From NCBI GenBank assembly GCA_951406725.2, contig OX597837.1, positions 558,001 to 622,000 of the forward strand: DNA of 64,000 nucleotides, read 5' to 3'. Under the pieces are notes generated by a model. It did not search any database and was not told the DNA's origin. It saw only the letters and a program-made list of their open reading frames with translations. Each line of letters begins with the position of its first letter. The first letter of the stretch is position 1. Both the position numbers and the translations under genes were made by a program. Positions 57,297 to 64,000 of this stretch are shown here, one piece after another. This DNA is from Octopus vulgaris (taxonomy: Eukaryota).

Positions 57297-57653
57297 TATG
57301 GAAAAAAGTCAAGGTAGAAAATGCTAAAATAATTTTATAAAATACATTTCAGTACCGGTTCCAGTCATTAAGACTTTTTCAACTGTAAGTATGGAAATCA
57401 ATTAAATTTTGGAAAAATTAAAAGAAAAGCTTTTTAAAAGAATATCTGCATAGTATTCAAATACAAGGAAAATGCCCCAAGTATCTGAATACTGTGCAAA
57501 TATTCTTTTTAAATACTTTTCATTTAATTTTTCCAAAATTTAATTGATTTCCATACTCACAGTTGAAAAACTTTCAACGGCTGAAACCGGTACTGAAATG
57601 TTTTTTTTATAAAATTACTTAAACGTTTTCCACCTTGACTTTTTTTCCCATAT
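57297..57653. repeat. Diverged foldback element with U3:A8-variant hammerheads
   Basis: Arms at about 57297-57465 and 57481-57653; minus 57350-57385 reads cag-TTGAAAA-agtc ttaat gact-GGAA-ccgg-TA-ctg; plus 57560-57595 reads cag-TTGAAAA-...-GAAA-ccgg-TA-ctg. Confidence 0.75.
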
Positions 57654-57694
57654 ATATCAACTCGTGTGTTCCTTTTCAACCTTCTACATATATA

Positions 57695-58170
57695 CTAGCA
57701 GTATAACCTGGCTTTGCTCGGGATTATTAAGTTAATCAGGTTCTTTATTTCAAACCAAAGTAACATCGACGTCAAATACGTACATCTATTGCATACATGT
57801 TTTTTGTACGCATACATGTTTGTGCGTGTGTGTGTGTGTGTGTGTGTGTTGTCCGTATATCAACAAAACACTTTTTTCCTTGATGGAAAAAAACAACAAA
57901 AGTCTTAACTAAAACTTACCCGTCGCTAGAAGAGACTTAACTCCGGCTTGTAAACAATGGTGATTTCTCCGACTTGAAAATTGTTAAAAGTTTTGGTTGA
58001 AAATTTATTTTTACTGCTATTCGCTGGTGCCTCTGGTAAAAATATGTTGACGAAAATACAGCTAGGATCATGACGAATGTCCTCCTAAAATTGGAGCGAC
58101 AAGCGTGCTAATTTGTGGACGTGCATAAATTACATTCACGTACACACGCAAACACACACACACACACACG
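57695..58170 (-). mobile_element. Helitron 3' end fragment
   Basis: Minus strand ends cccgagcaaagccagg (hairpin), then ttatactgCTAG followed by T; the 5' boundary is uncertain. Confidence 0.6.
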
Positions 58171-58174
58171 CATC

Positions 58175-58772
58175 CAGTGGCCGCTCTTACGCTAAAGATA
58201 GATCCACACGGGTCTCAACCACTAAGAATTGTTCTCAAGAAAAATTTAGCACACTATGAACGTAAGCGAGCAGGACAAATGAAAAATAACAAAAATATAG
58301 ATTAACCCCATACAATTGTTTCACTGTTAATAAATTATGCAATTTTACTTACACAATTAATCTACAGATCCTCAGTGAGATTTGTCATAAAATATAATTT
58401 GTCGAACTGCACGCCAGATATTAACACGAGGTCAAAAATACGAGTAGTTCGGCCTATTATATTCGCAGTTATATTCAAATGCCCTCGTTCTAGCGCGCCA
58501 AATTCTCGGAAATAAATACTGCATAAATAATTTACTGCAGTAGTTAACGCTGGTTTGAGAACATATTAATTTAGAATTAAAATCAAAATGAGGGTGAAAA
58601 AATTGGATATTAATTTAATAACATCAATTTAACACCAGTGGTTTAGCGCATAAAAAACTGAGATTCAGTAAATATTATTAATACATAAAAATGAGAGAGA
58701 ATCCACTATGTGGGCGCTCTTTCGCTAAAGATAGATCCGCAAGGGTCTCAACCACTAAGAATTGTTCTCAAC
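58175..58772 (-). repeat. Element with a direct repeat of about 55 bp at 533-bp spacing
   Basis: gctaaagatagatcc..gggtctcaaccactaagaattgttctcaa at 58191 and 58724. Confidence 0.7.
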
Positions 58773-60430
58773 TTCTGGAAAGTTTTATAGATTTTTACAG
58801 TTCCAGTTATAGATTGGATCTGCAGTTTTCGAGTTAGCTTTCTCCTTTCTGGTTTTGAGAAGCCTAATTTTTCAAGATTGATTTTTAAGCAGTGTGTTAC
58901 ATATCCCAGTGCCCAAATAATTACAGGTATAAACCTTGAAATCTGGATAGAGTAACTGTAGATTTCTCAATAGTTCAGCGTAGTTCACCGTGACCGACAC
59001 CGACACCGCCACCACAACCACTACGACCGGCACCATCACCACAACCCCCACTACTACCATAATCACCACGACCGGCCCTACCACCTTCACCATCACCACC
59101 ACCACCACTACCACAACCACAACGACTGGCACCATCATATTCACCACCACCAACATTATATCAAGGAATTACTACAACCACATCCCTCACTAAATCTACT
59201 TCCGCCATTTCCACTACTGCAACCAATACCACCAACAAAATTTACACCCCCCTAACATCATTCCCTCCACACACGCTCCACTACAGACTACCTCCTCCCC
59301 TTCTTCCCCCTCCTCTTCCTTATCCTCCCATTCTCCCCTTATTTTCCCGCTTCCGCCCCTTCTCTTATTCCCTGAAGCTAAGGGACCCACACATCACAGG
59401 TTTCTCGTTAACTGATAACATTGCTATGCATACTGGCAGCAGAGGAGGGGGTGAGGTGGTGATGAGGGTGGCGATGATGATGATAGTGTGAGAGGTGGTG
59501 GTGGTGGTGACGGTAGTGTTGATGGTGGTGGTGATGATGTGAGGTGATGGCTATGACGGTGGTGATGGTAAAGGTAGTCTTATTGGTGGTGGCGGTAGTG
59601 CTGCGGAAAGTATGGGTATGATAGGAGTGGTGGTGGTGGTAGTGCTGGTTGTTGTTGTCATTGTTGTGATGGTGGTGGATAATATTTTTGTTGTTGTTGT
59701 AGTGAAGGTAATGGCGATTGTTGTATTCGAAACGGCAGAGCTGGTGCTGGAGGTAGTAGTAGAAATGATGATGAGGATGGCGAAGCTTGTGGTTGTTGTT
59801 GCTGCTGTTATGGTTTGTCATAAATGTGACAATAATGGTGATTGTGGTGGTAGTAGTGCTGCGGAAAGTGTAGGGTATGGTTGTAGTGGTGATAATCTTG
59901 ATAAGAATGGTATGAGTACAGGTGGGAATAAGCAACTGGTGACATTGAAGCTGCTTGTAGTAGTAGTAGTAGAGGTAGTAGTTGTAGTGGTGGTGATGGT
60001 CGTAGTTGTAGTAGTGATGATAGTTGTAGTTGTAGTAGTAATGGTGTGGTGGTGGCTGAGGTGGAGTGGTGGTGGTGGTGGTACTATGGAGTGGTGGTAG
60101 TAGTACTATAGTAGTAATAGTAGTATTGGTAGTAGCGATGGCGGTGTAGGTGGTGATGATGGCGATAGTGGTGGCTGTCGAGATGAAGGCGAAACGAAAA
60201 ATCCCTTGTATCGTTATGAAAAGTTTATTGATTTTTTTTCATCATCATAATCATCATCCTCATCACTATTAGCATCATCATCGTCATACTCGTTATCACC
60301 ACCGTCATCATTTTCGTCATCACTATTGCCATTATCTTCAACATCATCGTTATATGCATTAAGATCACAACATTTTGAGCATTATCATCAAGTTAATGAA
60401 AGTACAAATTCGCGCACGCGCACGCACACA

Positions 60431-60467
<37 letters not shown>

Positions 60468-60481
60468 AAACAGACGCACGT

Positions 60482-60529
<48 letters not shown>

Positions 60530-60533
<4 letters not shown>

Positions 60534-61277
60534 CAAATGAAATAAAAAAAAACACTACACAAAGGATGTCGCGGTACACTTGTTTCGAGCTTTATAAAAC
60601 AACATATTCTTACATCAATGTATAATCGACATAACAGATAGTTTAAAGCCCTCTTCAGCCGCATGCTTTTTATTTTATTTTTTGTACATTTTATATTTTC
60701 ACAACACATTTCTATAATTTATGACCTTATACCTGACGTTCTTTATATCTTTATATTTTTATATCTTTATCTTTTATTATATTTTATTATCTTTTATAAT
60801 TATATTTATATATATATTTCTTTTGTGATCCAACATCATTAACGTTTCCTTCTCTTCCCATCTATTCTTCTTTTTCTTTTTTCTCAACATCCAATCCTCC
60901 TTATTTCCTTCCCTTATAAGAGGAATGAACCCAACTGGAATCTACCCAGCATTCACTCTATATTGACTGATGATACAGTATGGACGGATTTTTGGAGTCC
61001 AATAATACCCTGTACACCTATTTGATTATGAAGATTTACAAACATACTTTCTCAGTGATACTCAGTTTACCTAACATTATAAATAATACCAAATATTCTT
61101 TTTCAGACCTTTCATAATGTGATACAAGTCTTTGGGTAGCAATTGCATGCGGCTGAAGAGGGCTTTAAACTATCTGTTATGTCGATTATACATTGATGTA
61201 AGAATATGTTGTTTTATAAAGCTCGAAACATGTGTACCACGACATCCCTTGTTTACTGTTTTATATTTCATTTGAAA
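60530..61277. repeat. Inverted-repeat element with a long-stem-II hammerhead on each arm
   Basis: Arms at about 60530-60666 and 61145-61277 with a spacer of about 480 bp. Confidence 0.85.
60571..60662 (-). ncRNA. Hammerhead ribozyme (second copy on plus at 61149-61240)
   Basis: gcgg-CTGAAGA-gggcttta...taaagctc-GAAA-caagtg-TA-ccgc; GUA site. Confidence 0.8.
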
Positions 61278-61279
61278 TG

Positions 61280-61316
<37 letters not shown>

Positions 61317-61411
61317 AATTCTAAAAAAAAGTCGAAAACATAAGACAGAGATAGGTGGAGTGCATTATTTTTCACGCATGTATTACTTTAAAGGTCAGGA
61401 AAAACGAAAGG

Positions 61412-61447
61412 CTTTGACGTTTCGAGCTTAAGATCTTCTACAGAAAG
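61412..61447 (-). ncRNA. Minimal hammerhead with mutated core (CTGTAGA), same family as 37949
   Basis: cttt-CTGTAGA-a gatc ttaa gctc-GAAA-cg-TC-aaag. Confidence 0.6.
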
Positions 61448-61901
61448 GAATGAAGAGAGAAAACAGATGGAGAAGGGCGAGAAAGAAAAGAGAAAACACC
61501 CACCCACACACGCACGTAAATATATTTATATATATTTTTACATGCACATAGACATACCATACATGATAGTACATGTTAACGAGCGGTTATAGAATCACTC
61601 AATATAATCTTGTTTATGTATGTTTGCTTATATGTCAATAAATATTGATTAACATTTGTATAAGCAAATATTCGGGAGCGTATTAAAAATATACACCTGA
61701 AATTAGTTATATATCATTTTGAATGAGCATTCTACACGCATCTATCAGTTCTCCATTTTCGACAATTTTTCGTTCCATAAATTATATATGTATATATTCT
61801 CTTGCGTCAAAGACTTTTCCATTTTTCCCGAGCGTTAAACTAATACACTTGCTTACTGTTCCCTCACCTATCTTTGTCTTTTGTTTTCTGTAAATTTGAA
61901 A

Positions 61902-61949
<48 letters not shown>

Positions 61950-62186
61950 CATATATATGTATGTGTGTTTGTGTATGTAAGTATATACGTTTGAAATATG
62001 TGTGTATATGTATACGGTGGAATGGTTCGATAAAAAAATATCAAGTGGTGAATTGTAACGAATGGAAGGAAAACGTATAGAAATATCATATTAGACAGTA
62101 TCATATTAGATTTTAAAACTAGCTATTTTGGTCGTTACGAGATCCACGACTGTCTGTTTATATATTGTAAGATTGAGTAACTACCA

Positions 62187-62267
62187 TCTCTAACCGGCAG
62201 GTATCCGGCACCGATGACAGGAAACGACCTAGAAACCATGGTCTACTGGTCCTGCTAAAGTTAGAGA
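62187..62267 (+). ncRNA. Hammerhead with U4C substitution and a long bulged stem I
   Basis: ccggca-CCGATGA-c agg aaacga cct a-GAAA-ccatgg-TC-tactgg; distal helices gcagg/cctgc and tctctaac/gttagaga. Confidence 0.6.
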
Positions 62268-62468
62268 GGAGTAGTTCGCTCCCTTGCTCACAATATAGCA
62301 GACGCAGGTTGTGCGCCGATAACCTGCTGGAAAAGATGTTATCCTGGGGTTAAAAAGGAGTAACATAGTTCAGTGTAGAACTGCCTCCTTATGTTGGCAA
62401 ATAAAATTTACTGTTCGATGTCGTTACAACTTAAATCTCATTTAAAGATTTTAAACCTCTCTTGCTCG

Positions 62469-62519
<51 letters not shown>

Positions 62520-62893
62520 CATGAAAATATGGAATGCGAAATACGAATATAAAGAGTATGAACTTTTTTTGTGAACAACGATGGAAACAAATGGAAAACA
62601 AGACATGCAACATCAAGAACGAGCCTTCATCGCTTGCCGGCTGTTTTTCTAATCCGTATTTCGAGCATGTCACGACACGAAACGCCTTCGATAAAATAGT
62701 TGCTCCCACAAAGCAAGTTAAATCTAATTTGGGATTTTTCGGAGGGTCAAAATTGGTAACACCAACAGGATAGTGAAAACAAATAGGAAGGGCTGCTAAG
62801 CCTAAACGAAGTGAGGTAGCTTGGACAGGAAACAAACTAAAACACGTCTGATTCATTGAGCTGTATCAGGAGGAAAGAAAGAAACACAAGTTA

Positions 62894-62936
<43 letters not shown>

Positions 62937-62939
62937 CCG

Positions 62940-63127
62940 ACGGAATGCTAGTAGATATATAAATATATGCACTGGAATTCCGTCGGTTAAGACGAGCTGA
63001 TGCGATGAACGGAAGAGGACTGGGGCAACGTGAAATAAAGTGTCTTGCCCAAGGATACAACGCATCACGGGGAATTGAACTCACGACCTTACGATTGTGA
63101 GCCGAATACCCCTAGCCACTAAGCCAC
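62940..63127 (-). mobile_element. tRNA-derived SINE 5' part
   Basis: Minus strand reads gtggcttagtggctaggggtattcggctcacaatcgtaaggtcgtgagttcaattccc (A/B boxes). Confidence 0.8.
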
Positions 63128-63203
63128 ATACAAAAATATCTTAAATGCATATACATAAATTTCTATACACATATGTATATATACACGTGTATATACACGT
63201 GTG

Positions 63204-63263
<60 letters not shown>

Positions 63264-63802
63264 TAGATAGATAGATAGATAGATATGTACATCAATACAC
63301 ACCGCGTATTTGCATAGGTTGTGTGTATATATGTATGAAACATTTATAGGTAGATGCATGCCTTAGGGTAACTTATGTACGCAGGTATACACAGCCATAC
63401 ACAGCCAATTGGAATCCAACTATTCAGTTACACACCTTAACCCGTGTCAATAAGCAATCGAGCTCATCTTTGTCTGGAAATCATCCTGAAGGGAACGTCA
63501 GCATCACCATCGGCAAGAAGAATGCAAAAGCAACAGTAATCACGATAAGGATGACGGCGTCGGCAAAGACGACGACAACGGATGACCATGGCGATGATGA
63601 TGATGATACCGTCGATCATCATCATCATCATCATCATCGATTTCGATGTCTCGTCGTCATTATCCTGCTAGGTAAACAGGTAAACAGAAGTTTAATTACC
63701 CGCAACAGTAGAATAATAGGAGAAACATACAATTGAAGACAAACATAACAAACATAGGCACACAGGTACATGTATACGCACTTATGCACACGCACTCGAG
63801 AG

Positions 63803-63837
<35 letters not shown>

Positions 63838-63902
63838 TCATATATAAATGTGTATAAGTATTATGTATATATACATGAAAACATTTGTGTGTGTGTGTGT
63901 AT

Positions 63903-64000
63903 AGGTGTAGGAGTAGCTTGCTTACCAACAACATGGTTCCGGGTTCAGTCTCACTGCATGGCAACTTGATCAAGTGTCTTCTACTATAGCCTCGGGTCGA
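63903..64000 (+). mobile_element. tRNA-derived SINE 5' part (runs off the window)
   Basis: Similar to the 17644 family. Confidence 0.8.

Noticed and set aside
62600-62720. Minus-strand gagca...tgctc-GAAA hairpin as a hammerhead
   Set aside because: The upstream core is ttgtgg, not NUGANNA; left as an unclassified repeat
62940-63127. tRNA gene
   Set aside because: A and B boxes are present but run into a SINE body shared with other copies, with no complete cloverleaf

Overview
AT-rich eukaryotic intergenic or intronic DNA, most likely octopus (inferred from the SINE families and the extreme (TA)n/(TATG)n/(CA)n load). I found no convincing host protein-coding exon, and most long ORFs in the track are microsatellite artefacts. 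The window is a nest of mobile elements: a near-complete Penelope-like element (RT plus GIY-YIG, with pseudo-LTRs), CR1-group, RTE and Dong/R4-type LINE fragments, Tc1 and mariner remnants, MITEs, a solo LTR, Helitrons and many tRNA-derived SINEs. The most notable signal is about 18 hammerhead-ribozyme (HHR) motifs folded by eye. Most lie in short non-coding foldback or tandem elements inserted in TA microsatellites. They include canonical C3:G8 cores and compensatory G3:C8 and U3:A8 cores, minimal forms with a palindromic stem III, and forms with a long stem II. This suggests a diverse set of non-autonomous retrozyme-like or Penelope-derived ribozyme elements. Folding and family calls are manual and boundaries are approximate unless stated.
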